NCBI GenBank assembly: GCA_965220745.1
Contig: CBDCQT010000007.1
Coordinates: forward strand, 160,001 to 224,000
From: Alphaproteobacteria bacterium
Lineage (GTDB): Bacteria; Pseudomonadota; Alphaproteobacteria; UBA828
Length of the DNA stretch: 64,000 bases
Direction of reading: 5' to 3'
Under the pieces are notes generated by a model. That model worked only from the letters and a program-made list of their open reading frames with translations. It searched no databases and was not told the origin of the DNA. Position 1 is the stretch's first letter. Every line of letters starts with the position of its first letter. The translations under genes were made by a program, and so were the position numbers. Below are positions 46,311 to 55,879 of this stretch, piece by piece.

Positions 46311-47306
46311 CTAGCCTGGTTCGGCCTCGCCCGGCTCCGGGCGCTCGCGGCGGCGCAGGATGACAAAGAAGACCCCCAGCATGAGGCAGAGCAGGGCGAG
46401 CCAGACCCAGTGGCTGTGGCTCTCGCCGAAGAACAGGATGCCCCAGCCGATGCCGGAAAGGGCGACGATGAAATTCACCGTCGAGAAAAAGACCGGTCCC
46501 AGGAAGCGGATCAGCTCAACGAACAGGTATATGCCAAGAGCCTGGACGAAGATGGCGGTGATCAGCGCCCAGTCACCCGCGTCCATCGGGCCCTCGAACC
46601 ACCACCAACCGTCGGTCGCGGCCACCGCCGCGAGGATCGGGAGCGAGCCGAAGAAGAAGAAGCCGAACGCGAAGTGGAGTGAGTCGGTCGCCGGTGGGCG
46701 CATGATCGCCGTGGCCAGGCTAGTGGTCGTGTAGCCCACGGGCAGCAGCAGGGCGAGCAGGATCCACGGCACCAGATCGCGCGAGGGCAAGCTGGTTTCC
46801 GGCACCACCAAGAGCGCCACGCCGACGATACCGACGGCGAAGCCGAGGACCCGTGGCCACCAGATCCTTTCCAGCCTGAAGGCGACCGCGCCCACGTAGG
46901 TGAGGATGGGGGACAGCACCACGAGCATGCTGATGATGCCGGCCGGCACGCCTTCACCGCTGACGAAGCCCACGGTCAAGAACGGCACGCCATAGCCGGA
47001 GATGCCGGCGACTGCGTAGGAGCTTACGTGGGCGCGGGAGAGCGGCGGCGGTTGCCCGTAGATGAGCGCCAGAAGCAGGCTGACCGCGGCTCCGCCCATG
47101 CCCATCAACAGCACGAAGCTGGTGAAGGGAACGCCGTTGGCGACCGAAACCCCGGTGAGCGAGTAGCTCAGGCCGTAGAGGACGCCGGTCAGGAAGAGCA
47201 GCGCGACCGCGATCCAGAACCCCGCCGGCCGCGCGGCCCAGCGGCGAGCGCGGCCGACGCGTATGGCGCTCGGATCGTCAGAAGGCTCGGAGTCCCGAAG
47301 GGACAA
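46311..47306 (-). CDS. DMT/EamA family transporter
   Basis: About 10 TM helices; LSPILTY and GPVFFSTVNFIV...WGILFFGE. Start uncertain. Confidence 0.85.
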   Translation of the reverse strand: MSLRDSEPSDDPSAIRVGRARRWAARPAGFWIAVALLFLTGVLYGLSYSLTGVSVANGVPFTSFVLLMGMGGAAVSLLLALIYGQPPPLSRAHVSSYAVAGISGYGVPFLTVGFVSGEGVPAGIISMLVVLSPILTYVGAVAFRLERIWWPRVLGFAVGIVGVALLVVPETSLPSRDLVPWILLALLLPVGYTTTSLATAIMRPPATDSLHFAFGFFFFGSLPILAAVAATDGWWWFEGPMDAGDWALITAIFVQALGIYLFVELIRFLGPVFFSTVNFIVALSGIGWGILFFGESHSHWVWLALLCLMLGVFFVILRRRERPEPGEAEPG

Positions 47307-47345
47307 GGGATGCGGATGGGGCGGCCGGCTGCGCCGCCAAGGGCC

Positions 47346-47624
47346 TTAAGCCCCGCCGTCGCCTCCGGCGCGGGACTTCGCCCACCACCGCAACGCCGGC
47401 CTCAGCAGCATCTTGATGATGCCGCCCGCCAGCACGAACACGGTGACGTAGATGAAGAGTACTCCGGCGATGCCATATCCGTCTTCCGCAGGGAGAAGCT
47501 CCGCACTCACCATCAGGTAGGCAGTGACGACACAGAAGATCAGCGCGGCCAACAGCGCCGGCGTTTCGCCCGAGTACCAGAGCTGGCGCAGTCGACGCTT
47601 ACGATGCTCGTCCAAGATAGCCAC
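47346..47624 (-). CDS. Small hypothetical membrane protein (two TM helices)
   Basis: GTG start with GGGGA SD; two hydrophobic segments; -10-like TAACAT upstream. Confidence 0.6.
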   Translation of the reverse strand: MAILDEHRKRRLRQLWYSGETPALLAALIFCVVTAYLMVSAELLPAEDGYGIAGVLFIYVTVFVLAGGIIKMLLRPALRWWAKSRAGGDGGA

Positions 47625-47725
47625 GGCTGTTCCCCGTCAGTTGTCGCCGGGCATGTTAGCCAAAGCCGCCCGCTGGGCAAGCCCTTCCTGGCCGTGACGA
47701 CGCGTCCTGGCCGGCGAAAGCGCCG

Positions 47726-48781
47726 TCACGAGGGCACGCGCGCAGCAGCGGGCTGTTCCAGCAGCCCTTCCCTTGCCGCGAGCGCCATCGCCCGGGCAAT
47801 CTCGACGGTGAGCGGGCCGTCCGGCTGCAGCACCACCGCCACCCGATCGTTGGGGCCGAAGGCGATTTCGCGCTCGCCGTCGAGTGCCACCACGCCGCGC
47901 TCGAGCCGGATGGGATGCGGCACTCCGGCCTCCAGATCGACCACCCGCTCGACCCCGATCTCCGCCATCAGCCCCGGCGCCAGCGGTGCCGAGACCGTCC
48001 GTGCCGCGCCCGGCGCTGCCGCCAGATCGACGGCGACGCCGGTCGGCTCATCGCGTGAGACCGGGCGCACGAGGCCCGCGACCGAGGAGAGACCGATGGC
48101 GTCGGCTTCGGCAAACGTCACAAACAACTGGTCGAGTGAATCGGCCCGCCAGAGTGCCTTCGCCCCGGTCCAGGTCTCGTCGCTGACGCAGACGTCGACA
48201 AGCGCGATGTCGCGCGGTGCGCCGTTGACCGTGACGCGAAGCACCTTGTTGCGCCGCGCCGCCTGGTCCTGCGGCAGCGCACCGGTTGCGACCAGTCCCG
48301 CCGCGAGGCCGGCGATGGTCGCTTCGCGCATCATCGGAAAGACGTTGTTGGTCCCGGTCGAGAGCGAGGTCAGCGGCACCCCGTCGCAGGCCTGCGCGAC
48401 CAGCCGGTTGGTGCCGTCGCCGCCGAGCACCATGATTCCGCCGACGCCTCGTTCGACCATGCGGGCGGTGGCTTCGAGCGTGTCGGCAGGCGAGCCCTCG
48501 ATCGGCATGTCCAGGAACTCCACCTCGGGCCACACCTGGCCGTCCGGCGGACCCAGGCCGATCGCGCGCTTCACCCGGTCGGCGATGCCGCTCTCGTCCG
48601 GAATCATGTAGCAGGTGCTCACGCCGACCGCGCCCAGGGCCGAGAAGATGCGCGTGATCATGTTGCGCTTCTCGGCGATCGGGAACACCGATGCCTGGGC
48701 GACCAGGCGCCTGATGTCGCGGCCGGCGGCGGGGTTGGCGATAATGCCGACCGCCGCGCCGCTCCGGGTTTTTCTTGCCAT
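47726..48781 (-). CDS. ATP-NAD kinase-like protein, AcoX family
   Basis: VGIIANPAAGRDIRRLV, LGGDGTNR, STGTNNVFP, EATIAGLAAG and ALDGEREI; GGAGG SD before MARKT. Confidence 0.88.
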   Translation of the reverse strand: MARKTRSGAAVGIIANPAAGRDIRRLVAQASVFPIAEKRNMITRIFSALGAVGVSTCYMIPDESGIADRVKRAIGLGPPDGQVWPEVEFLDMPIEGSPADTLEATARMVERGVGGIMVLGGDGTNRLVAQACDGVPLTSLSTGTNNVFPMMREATIAGLAAGLVATGALPQDQAARRNKVLRVTVNGAPRDIALVDVCVSDETWTGAKALWRADSLDQLFVTFAEADAIGLSSVAGLVRPVSRDEPTGVAVDLAAAPGAARTVSAPLAPGLMAEIGVERVVDLEAGVPHPIRLERGVVALDGEREIAFGPNDRVAVVLQPDGPLTVEIARAMALAAREGLLEQPAAARVPS

Positions 48782-48952
48782 TGTCCCTCCGCGAGGGCTT
48801 ATAGCCCGGCCAGCGACGCAGCGCCATGCGCCTCTCGCCCCGCTTCGCGCGTGCCGACTTCGTTGTGACCGGCGCATTCGCTTCGTGTAGAAACGGCGGG
48901 CCAAATGGCAGGCAGCGCGTGCCGCGCGGCGAAGTGCGAGGGGAGAAGCACC

Positions 48953-49405
48953 GTGACTCAGCAAGGTCCGGCCAACGTTCGCGTCTACGGCGTGCTGCTG
49001 CGCGGCGGCCGTGTGCTGATCGCGGATGAGCAGGTTGGCGGGCGCGACGTGCTCAAGCTCCCCGGCGGCGCGGTCGAGGCAGGCGAGACGCCGGAGCAGG
49101 CATTGCGCCGCGAGTTCATGGAGGAAGGTCGCCTCGAAGTCAAGCCGACCCGCCTGCTCCACGTTCCGGGAACCCTCTACAGCCACTGGATTCATGGGCT
49201 GTACACGCCCATCTATTACGCGGTCGAGGGAGAAGGCGAGCCGGCAACGCCACCGGGCGAGCCGCTCGTTCTGCGCTTCATGGAGCCCGACGAGGCGGTC
49301 GCCAGCAGGCGGATGGCGGTGCCAGAAGTCGTCGCGATCGGCCGTGCGCTGGCTGCTCATCGGCGATCCTGCGCCAGTCGGGGCGAGGGGAGGACGCCTC
49401 AGTGA
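48953..49405 (+). CDS. NUDIX hydrolase
   Basis: Nudix box LPGGAVEAGETPEQALRREFMEE. Confidence 0.9.
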   Translation: MTQQGPANVRVYGVLLRGGRVLIADEQVGGRDVLKLPGGAVEAGETPEQALRREFMEEGRLEVKPTRLLHVPGTLYSHWIHGLYTPIYYAVEGEGEPATPPGEPLVLRFMEPDEAVASRRMAVPEVVAIGRALAAHRRSCASRGEGRTPQ

Positions 49406-50547
49406 GCGAACGCCAGAGGAGACACGGTCTCTCTCGGCACGGCCTTCGGGCACTCGCCGCCGCCGTTGCCGCTGTACTCTGGCTCGGGACGGGCGCGGGC
49501 GAGGGGGCGGCGCAACAGCCGCCGGCTGTGGTCTCCGTCGACGAGGTGCGCATGGAGGCCATGTTGCAAACCGTACCGGTGATCGGGCGTCTGGTCGCCA
49601 AACGGGCAGGCGAGGTCGCTGCGCGCACCGCAGGCCCGGTCGCGGCGCTCCACGTATTCGTCGGCGATCGCGTGGAGACGGGCGATCCCATTGCCGTCCT
49701 GGACACGGTCCGGCTTCGAGCCGAGCGGGACCGCCTGGCGGCGATCGTCAATGAAGCCCAGGCCCAAGTGGAGCGCCTGATAGCCCAGTCGACCCTTCAC
49801 CGTCAGGAGTTGCGACGGCTGGAAGGGCTCCGGGACTCGGCCGCGTTCAGCCAGAGCCGCTTCGAGGATGCTCGACAGCAGGTGATCATCGCCGAGAGCG
49901 CCATCGGTACGGCCGATGCCGCCCGGCTCAGCGCTGCGGCAAGCCTCTCGCTCGCCGAGATCGACCTCGCATGGGCCACGATCACCGCGCCCTACCCCGG
50001 CGTCATCACTCTGGTGCACACCGAGGTCGGCGCTTGGCTTGGCGTCGGCGAGCGGGTGGTGTCCATGATCAACAACCAGGATCTTGAGGTCGAGGCCGAT
50101 GTGCCGTCGAGCCGTATCGGGGCTCTCGATTCCGGCACGCAGGTCTCGGTGGTCCTCGATGACGGCAGCGAGCACACGGCGGTCGTGCGCACCGTCGTGC
50201 CGGAGGAGAACGCGCTCACCCGCACCCGTCAGGTGCGCTTCACGCCGCACTTCTCGGCACTGCGCAAGCCGCTCGCGATCAACCAGTCGGCGACGGTGGT
50301 GCTGCCGGCCGGGCGAGGCCGCGACGTGCTGACGGTGCACAAGGACGCCATCGTCCGCAATCAGGGTCAGGCCTTCGTCTACGTCGCCAAGGACGGAGAG
50401 GCGCAGATCCGCCCGGTGCAGCTGGGCGCCGCCGTCGGCGGCCGCTTCGAGGTGCTGGGCGGCCTCGGGCCTGGCGAGCCTGTCGTCGTGCGCGGCAACG
50501 AGCGCCTGCGCCCCGGCCAGTCGATTACCGTCGGCGGGGCCGGTTAG
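49402..50547 (+). CDS. RND efflux periplasmic adaptor (MFP)
   Basis: GDRVETGDPIAVLD, a coiled coil, TITAPYPGVI and VVVRGNERLRPGQ. Confidence 0.93.
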   Translation: MSERQRRHGLSRHGLRALAAAVAAVLWLGTGAGEGAAQQPPAVVSVDEVRMEAMLQTVPVIGRLVAKRAGEVAARTAGPVAALHVFVGDRVETGDPIAVLDTVRLRAERDRLAAIVNEAQAQVERLIAQSTLHRQELRRLEGLRDSAAFSQSRFEDARQQVIIAESAIGTADAARLSAAASLSLAEIDLAWATITAPYPGVITLVHTEVGAWLGVGERVVSMINNQDLEVEADVPSSRIGALDSGTQVSVVLDDGSEHTAVVRTVVPEENALTRTRQVRFTPHFSALRKPLAINQSATVVLPAGRGRDVLTVHKDAIVRNQGQAFVYVAKDGEAQIRPVQLGAAVGGRFEVLGGLGPGEPVVVRGNERLRPGQSITVGGAG

Positions 50548-50562
50548 GAGCGCGCTCTCGCC

Positions 50563-53500
50563 ATGAACCTCATAAGGCTGGCCATCGACCGGCCAATCGC
50601 GGTCGTCGCGGCGATTCTGATGGTGGTCATGTTCGGCCTCGTCGCGCTGCAGACGATCCCGATCCAGCTCACGCCCGATGTCCGCAAGCCGGTCCTCACT
50701 GTCGAAACCTTCTGGCCCGGCGCAGCGCCCGCCGAGGTCGAGCGCGAGATCATCACCCAGCAGGAGGAGGTGTTCAAAGGCCTCGAAGGGCTGAACCGCA
50801 TGATCGGCTCCGCCGACGACGGCGTGGGCGAGATCGAGTTGGAGTTCGCCGTCGGCACCGATATGGACCGGTCGCTCGTGCTGGTCGCCAACAGGTTGGA
50901 CCGGGTGCCCGACAAGCCGAACGATGCCGCCGAGCCGGTGATCAGCTCAGCCGGCTCCGAAGACCAGCCGATTGCGTGGTTCATCCTCTCACGCCAACCC
51001 GGCAACGAGCGCGCAATCCACACCTACGGCGACTTCGTCGAGGACGTGATCCAGGAGCGTCTGGAGCGTGTGCAAGGCGTGGCGCGCGTCAACATGTTCG
51101 GCGGCACCAAGCGGGAGCTCCGCATCACCGTCGATCCCGAACGCATGGCTCGCTACGGCCTCACTGTGACCGAAATCGCGGACGCGCTGCGACGCTCAAA
51201 CGCCTCGATCTCCGCCGGCGATGTCGAGGAGGGCAAGCGCCGCTACGTGGTGCGCACCGACGGCGAGCTCAACACGCCCGAGCGGGTCGCCGGCGTCGTG
51301 CTGCGCTCAGAGAGCGACCCTCTCTCGGGCCGGCTCGGCCGGGTCACGATGGGCGACATCGCCTCAGTCGCTTATCGCTACAAGGAGCCCGTCGCGCGCA
51401 TCCGCCTGTTGGGCGAGCCCGCGCTGGCCGTCAATGCGGTGCGCGAGACCGGCGCCAACGTGATCGAGACCATGGCGGGCGTAAAGGAGGCCGTGGCGGA
51501 ACTGAATGCCGCGGCGATTCCGCAGGCGGGGCTCGTCTTCGAACAGGTCTACGATGAAACCGTCTACATCAATTCTGCCATCGATCTGGTGCAGCAGAAC
51601 ATTTTCGTCGGTGGCGCGCTGGCCGCGCTGATCCTGCTGCTGTTCCTGCGCTCTTTCTCCGCGACCCTGATCGTTTCGATCGCAATTCCGGTCTCGGTCG
51701 TGGGCTCGTTCGTGGCGATGGCGCTTCTCGGGCGCTCGATCAACGTGATCTCGCTCGCGGGCCTCGCCTTCGCCGTCGGCATGGTGGTGGATGCGGCGAT
51801 CGTGGTGCTGGAGAACATCTACCGGCTCAGGCAGAGCGGTTACGGGCGCCTCCAGGCCGCCTATCACGGCGCGCGGCAGGTCTGGGGCGCGGTGTTCGTC
51901 TCGGCCGCGACCACGGTGCTCGTCTTCGTGCCGATTCTGGTCATGGAGCTGGAAGCCGGCCAGTTGTTCCGTGACATCGCCGTGGCGATCTCGGTTTCGG
52001 TCGTCCTGTCGCTGATCGTGGCGAGCACCGTGATCCCCTCGCTTGCGAGCCGAATCCTCGGGCGCAGACGCAGGAAAGACCGCGGCGCCTCCGCGTCCCT
52101 TGCCGCTACGGAGGAAGCGCCTTACCGGCTTCGCCTGCCCATCATCGACGATTTTGCCGCGCTGTTCGTGCGCGTCGTCCTGGCCTTCACCGGATGGGTT
52201 GTGCGCCGCCGGTTGCGTGCCGCCGGCGTGGCGATCGTGGTCTGCGGCGGCGCTCTTTTCGTATCGTGGCTGCTGCTGCCCCGACTCGACTATCTGCCGA
52301 CCGGCAACCGCAACCTGGTGTTCGGCGTCCTCCTGCCGCCGCCGGGCTACAACCTCGAAACCACGCTCGGCATCGCGCGCTCGGTGGAGGACGCGGTGCG
52401 CCCTCTCTGGGAGTCTGAGACGGGGCCGGACGCCCAGCCGGGTGAGCCTCCGAAGATGGAGCGCTTCTTCTTCGTGACATTCCGCGATCAGGCCTTCGTG
52501 GGTGCGGTTGCGGTCGAGGCCGATCGGGCCGGTGAGTTGATTGACCCGATCCGCACCCCGGTATTCTTCGAGCCGGGCACCTTCGGCTTCGTCAGCCAGG
52601 CGTCGTTGTTCGGCCGAGGGATCGGCGGGGGACGCAAGATCGACGTGGATATCTCGGGCCCGAACCTGGAGACCGTGCTCGGAGTTGCGCTGCAGGCGAC
52701 CGGCCTCGTGGCCCAGGCGCTGCCCTTCGACCAGGGCAATCAGTTCCGCCCCAAACCCGGCCTGGAGCTCGGCGCGCCGGAGGTGCGCCTGCTGCCCGAC
52801 CCCATCAAGCTCGGCGACAACGGGGTCTCCGCGCGCGAACTCGGGGCCACGATCGAGGCTTACAACGACGGCCTCAAAGTGGATGAGGTGACCATCGATG
52901 CCAAGCGGTTCGACCTGATTCTGGCGGGACCCGACGCCAACGTCGACCGCACGCAGGGCATCGAGAACCTGCCGGTGGTCACGAGGGCGGGCGCCATCGT
53001 GCCGGCCAGTTCGCTTGCCGATATCGTGGTCACGGCGGGACCGACCAAGATTCGCCACGTCGAACGCGAGCGCACCATCACCCTGGAAGTCCGCCCCGCC
53101 GCGGATATACCGCTCGAGATTGCGCTGGAGAGGCTGGAGACGGGCGTCGTTCAGGCGTTGGAGGGACGCGGGCTGCCGCCGGGAGTGAAGATCAGGCTGT
53201 CCGGCACCGCCGACGACCTCGAAGCCACGTGGGACGCGATGGCGATCAATCTGGTGGTCGCCATCGCGATCGTCTACCTCATCATGGCCGTGCTCTTCGA
53301 GAGCTTCGTCTATCCCTTCGTCATCATGCTCTCGGTGCCGCTCGCCGCCGCAGGCGGGGTGTTGGGGCTTGCTGCGGTCAACACCTATACGTTCCAGCCG
53401 CTCGACATGCTGACGCTGCTCGGCTTCGTCATATTGGTGGGCATCGTCGTCAACAACGCCATCCTGCTCGTCCACCAGACCCTGTTTCACATGCGGGAGG

Positions 53501-53802
53501 AGCAGATGGCGGTCGCGGACGCCATCCTCTCGGCGACCAGGAACCGCATCCGGCCGATCTTCATGTCGACGCTCACCAGTGTGTTCGGCATGTTGCCGCT
53601 GGTGCTGTTCCCGGGCGCGGGCTCGGAGCTCTACCGGGGGCTCGGCTCGGTGGTGATCGGCGGTCTCGCGCTCTCCGCCGTGCTCACGCTGTTGATCGTC
53701 CCGCCGCTGCTGGCGGTGGTCGCAACCCGTCAGCAGCGCAAGCGCGAGAGGCTGGGCGCGGCCCTGGATGGACCCGCGCCGCGCGGGACCAGCGCGGAGT
53801 GA
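50563..53802 (+). CDS. RND efflux permease (AcrB/AcrD/AcrF family)
   Basis: 1079 aa; SINVISLAGLAFAVGMVVDAAIVVLENI and RIRPIFMSTLT. Confidence 0.95.
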   Translation: MNLIRLAIDRPIAVVAAILMVVMFGLVALQTIPIQLTPDVRKPVLTVETFWPGAAPAEVEREIITQQEEVFKGLEGLNRMIGSADDGVGEIELEFAVGTDMDRSLVLVANRLDRVPDKPNDAAEPVISSAGSEDQPIAWFILSRQPGNERAIHTYGDFVEDVIQERLERVQGVARVNMFGGTKRELRITVDPERMARYGLTVTEIADALRRSNASISAGDVEEGKRRYVVRTDGELNTPERVAGVVLRSESDPLSGRLGRVTMGDIASVAYRYKEPVARIRLLGEPALAVNAVRETGANVIETMAGVKEAVAELNAAAIPQAGLVFEQVYDETVYINSAIDLVQQNIFVGGALAALILLLFLRSFSATLIVSIAIPVSVVGSFVAMALLGRSINVISLAGLAFAVGMVVDAAIVVLENIYRLRQSGYGRLQAAYHGARQVWGAVFVSAATTVLVFVPILVMELEAGQLFRDIAVAISVSVVLSLIVASTVIPSLASRILGRRRRKDRGASASLAATEEAPYRLRLPIIDDFAALFVRVVLAFTGWVVRRRLRAAGVAIVVCGGALFVSWLLLPRLDYLPTGNRNLVFGVLLPPPGYNLETTLGIARSVEDAVRPLWESETGPDAQPGEPPKMERFFFVTFRDQAFVGAVAVEADRAGELIDPIRTPVFFEPGTFGFVSQASLFGRGIGGGRKIDVDISGPNLETVLGVALQATGLVAQALPFDQGNQFRPKPGLELGAPEVRLLPDPIKLGDNGVSARELGATIEAYNDGLKVDEVTIDAKRFDLILAGPDANVDRTQGIENLPVVTRAGAIVPASSLADIVVTAGPTKIRHVERERTITLEVRPAADIPLEIALERLETGVVQALEGRGLPPGVKIRLSGTADDLEATWDAMAINLVVAIAIVYLIMAVLFESFVYPFVIMLSVPLAAAGGVLGLAAVNTYTFQPLDMLTLLGFVILVGIVVNNAILLVHQTLFHMREEQMAVADAILSATRNRIRPIFMSTLTSVFGMLPLVLFPGAGSELYRGLGSVVIGGLALSAVLTLLIVPPLLAVVATRQQRKRERLGAALDGPAPRGTSAE

Positions 53803-54512
53803 GAGCAAGGACCACCGCGCCGCTCCACGCGTGGGACCTGTCGCCGAAGGACGCCATCGCGCTGCAGAAGGCGCTTGCCGGCGCTGTGGTCCGCTCGGAC
53901 CGCTTCGGCCCCGGCGGGCGCCGGGCGATCAAGCGGGTGGCGGGGGTCGATGCCGCCTTCGCCGATGGCGGGCGCACGATCCGGGCAGCGGTTGTGATGC
54001 TGACCTATCCCGGGCTGGACGTGACGGACCAGATTCTGATCGAGTGCCCGACGACCTTCCCTTACGTGCCGGGGCTGCTCTCCTTCCGCGAGGTGCCGGC
54101 CTTGCTGGAGGCGCTGGAACAGCTCCCCGCTTCGCCCGACCTGATCCTCTGTGACGGACACGGGTACGCCCATCCGCGCCGCTTTGGGCTCGCCTGCCAC
54201 TTGGGCCTATGGCTGGATGTGCCCACCATCGGAGTGGCGAAGTCACGGCTCACCGGCTCTCACGACGAGCCCGGCCCGGCCAAGGGCGATGTTGCGTGGC
54301 TGCGCGCCGACAAGGGCTTACGGCCAGGTGAGCGCCTCGGTGCCGTCCTGCGAACCCGCGAGCGGGTGAAGCCGGTCTACGTCTCGGCCGGGCACCGGAT
54401 TTCGCTGAAGACCGCGGTGACGTTGACCCTCGGATGCGCCACGCGCTATCGGCTGCCCGAGCCCACGCGGCTAGCCGACAAGCTCTCCAAGGCGCACCGG
54501 ACCGGGAGTTGA
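53799..54512 (+). CDS. nfi: Endonuclease V (deoxyinosine 3' endonuclease)
   Basis: VAGVD, FPYVPGLLSFRE wedge, DGHGYAHPRRFGLACH, IGVAKS and YRLPEPTRLAD; GTG start overlaps the RND stop. Confidence 0.95.
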   Translation: MRARTTAPLHAWDLSPKDAIALQKALAGAVVRSDRFGPGGRRAIKRVAGVDAAFADGGRTIRAAVVMLTYPGLDVTDQILIECPTTFPYVPGLLSFREVPALLEALEQLPASPDLILCDGHGYAHPRRFGLACHLGLWLDVPTIGVAKSRLTGSHDEPGPAKGDVAWLRADKGLRPGERLGAVLRTRERVKPVYVSAGHRISLKTAVTLTLGCATRYRLPEPTRLADKLSKAHRTGS

Positions 54513-54627
54513 CGAAGCTACGCGGAAAGTTTTGGGCCGGCGCGTGGACGCACGGCTGCGAACTACACGAGATCGTCTTGGTCCAGTATTCTGCCGCTGC
54601 CTCACGATGCTGCTCGAGGAGCTCAGC

Positions 54628-54870
54628 ATGTCTATGGTAGACGACCCGGAGGTCCGCGATCGCATCCACATCGATGCTTCGATCTGCGGCGGACGGCCGC
54701 ATGTGCGTGGCACGCGTGTCAGGGTGGCCGACATCCTGGAGCTGTTAGCTGAAGGTGTGTCGAAGGAGGAGATTCTCGCCGACTATCCATACCTCAGTGA
54801 AGCTGACCTGAGAGCAGCCCTGGCCTATGGTGCGGCTGCAAGTGCGCATCGTATCATTCTCGCCGCCTGA
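54628..54870 (+). CDS. DUF433 family putative antitoxin
   Basis: RIHIDASICGGRPHVRGTRVRVADILELLAEG...EILADYPYL. Confidence 0.92.
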   Translation: MSMVDDPEVRDRIHIDASICGGRPHVRGTRVRVADILELLAEGVSKEEILADYPYLSEADLRAALAYGAAASAHRIILAA

Positions 54871-54872
54871 CA

Positions 54873-55199
54873 GTGCTATTCCTGGTCGACGCGCAGTTGC
54901 CCCCTGGCCTGGCCCGATGGCTTTCCGAGAACGGCTATCCCTCCAAGCATATCGATGATCTCGGCCTGCGCGCCGCCTCCGACGACGTGATTGAAGCCAA
55001 AGCACGAGAGTTGGGGGCAGTCATCTGGTCGAAAGATGCCGATTTTGCCGAGCGAGCGCGGCACTCTCAAGGATTGCAGGTGGTCTGGCTGCGCTTCGGC
55101 AACACGGCCAATGCCTCGCTTCGGGCCAAGCTGTCACCGTATCTGCGGACCATTGAATCCGCTCTCAAGGAAGGCGATGTCCTCGTCGAAGTTCGTTGA
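54873..55199 (+). CDS. DUF5615 family PIN-like putative toxin
   Basis: FLVDAQLPP, ASDDVI, WSKDADF and VVWLRFGN; 2 nt after the DUF433 gene. Confidence 0.9.
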   Translation: MLFLVDAQLPPGLARWLSENGYPSKHIDDLGLRAASDDVIEAKARELGAVIWSKDADFAERARHSQGLQVVWLRFGNTANASLRAKLSPYLRTIESALKEGDVLVEVR

Positions 55200-55291
55200 T
55201 CTGCACGAGAACCCAATGCCCAACTGATTCGAAACGCTTTCAGGGGTGGTTCGTTTTTGCAGCCAACGCCATTCCCTGAACCGGGACTCGA

Positions 55292-55528
55292 TCAGGCGCG
55301 ATTCTCATCCTGTGCCGTGGCGGTAACGGACTCGTCCGAGGCACCGTCGGGAAGGTCCGCAGCTTCATCGACGGCTTCGCCTGCCTCGCCGTCGGCCAGC
55401 TCGCCGGCTTTCTCCCGCCGTCTCTGCTCCGCCCGCTCGGCCTTCAGCTTGGCTCGCTCGGCCTTTCTCGCGGCCTTGTTGCGCTCGCGTTCGAGACGGG
55501 CAAAGCGATAGTTGGGCTTGCGTGCCAT
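55292..55528 (-). CDS. Small basic/acidic hypothetical protein (MARKPNY...)
   Basis: AGGA SD; Arg/Lys-rich N-terminal helix followed by an acidic tail. Confidence 0.75.
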   Translation of the reverse strand: MARKPNYRFARLERERNKAARKAERAKLKAERAEQRRREKAGELADGEAGEAVDEAADLPDGASDESVTATAQDENRA

Positions 55529-55621
55529 TCCGTTCCTATTGGCTTGGCGAGCGCGCCCGCGGGGCGCGCCCGTTTGACCTCGCGCCGCCGATACTCCCGG
55601 CGACGGGTAACGTTGACTCGC

Positions 55622-55641
55622 CCGGCAGCGTTCGCTGCCGG
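55622..55641 (-). terminator. Hairpin downstream of cspA
   Basis: CCGGCAGC-GTTC-GCTGCCGG perfect 8-bp stem; no clear U-tract. Confidence 0.4.
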
Positions 55642-55669
55642 TGCTTGATGGGGGGAGTCCCGCCGGGAC

Positions 55670-55879
55670 TTAGTCGAGAACGACCAGGTTCTCCGCCGAC
55701 GCCCTGCCGTCGCGCCCCGGTGTCAGCTCGTACTCGACCTTCTGGCCTTCGCGCAAATTGGTGAGTCCCGCCCGCTCGACAGCGGAGATATGGACGAATG
55801 CGTCCTTGGACCCGTCGCTCGGCTGAATGAAGCCGTAGCCTTTGACCGAGTTGAACCACTTCACCGTTCCAGTCGCCAT
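55670..55879 (-). CDS. cspA: Cold-shock protein
   Basis: MATGTVKWFNSVKGYGFI (RNP1) and AFVHISA (RNP2); AAGGAG SD. Confidence 0.97.
   Translation of the reverse strand: MATGTVKWFNSVKGYGFIQPSDGSKDAFVHISAVERAGLTNLREGQKVEYELTPGRDGRASAENLVVLD

Noticed and set aside
231-53808. Long ORFs antisense to real genes (e.g. 231-1340+, 1467-2792+, 13667-15370+, 23290-25068-, 51364-53808-)
   Set aside because: Shadow frames expected from high-GC codon bias; each lies opposite a gene with clear family motifs and has none of its own.
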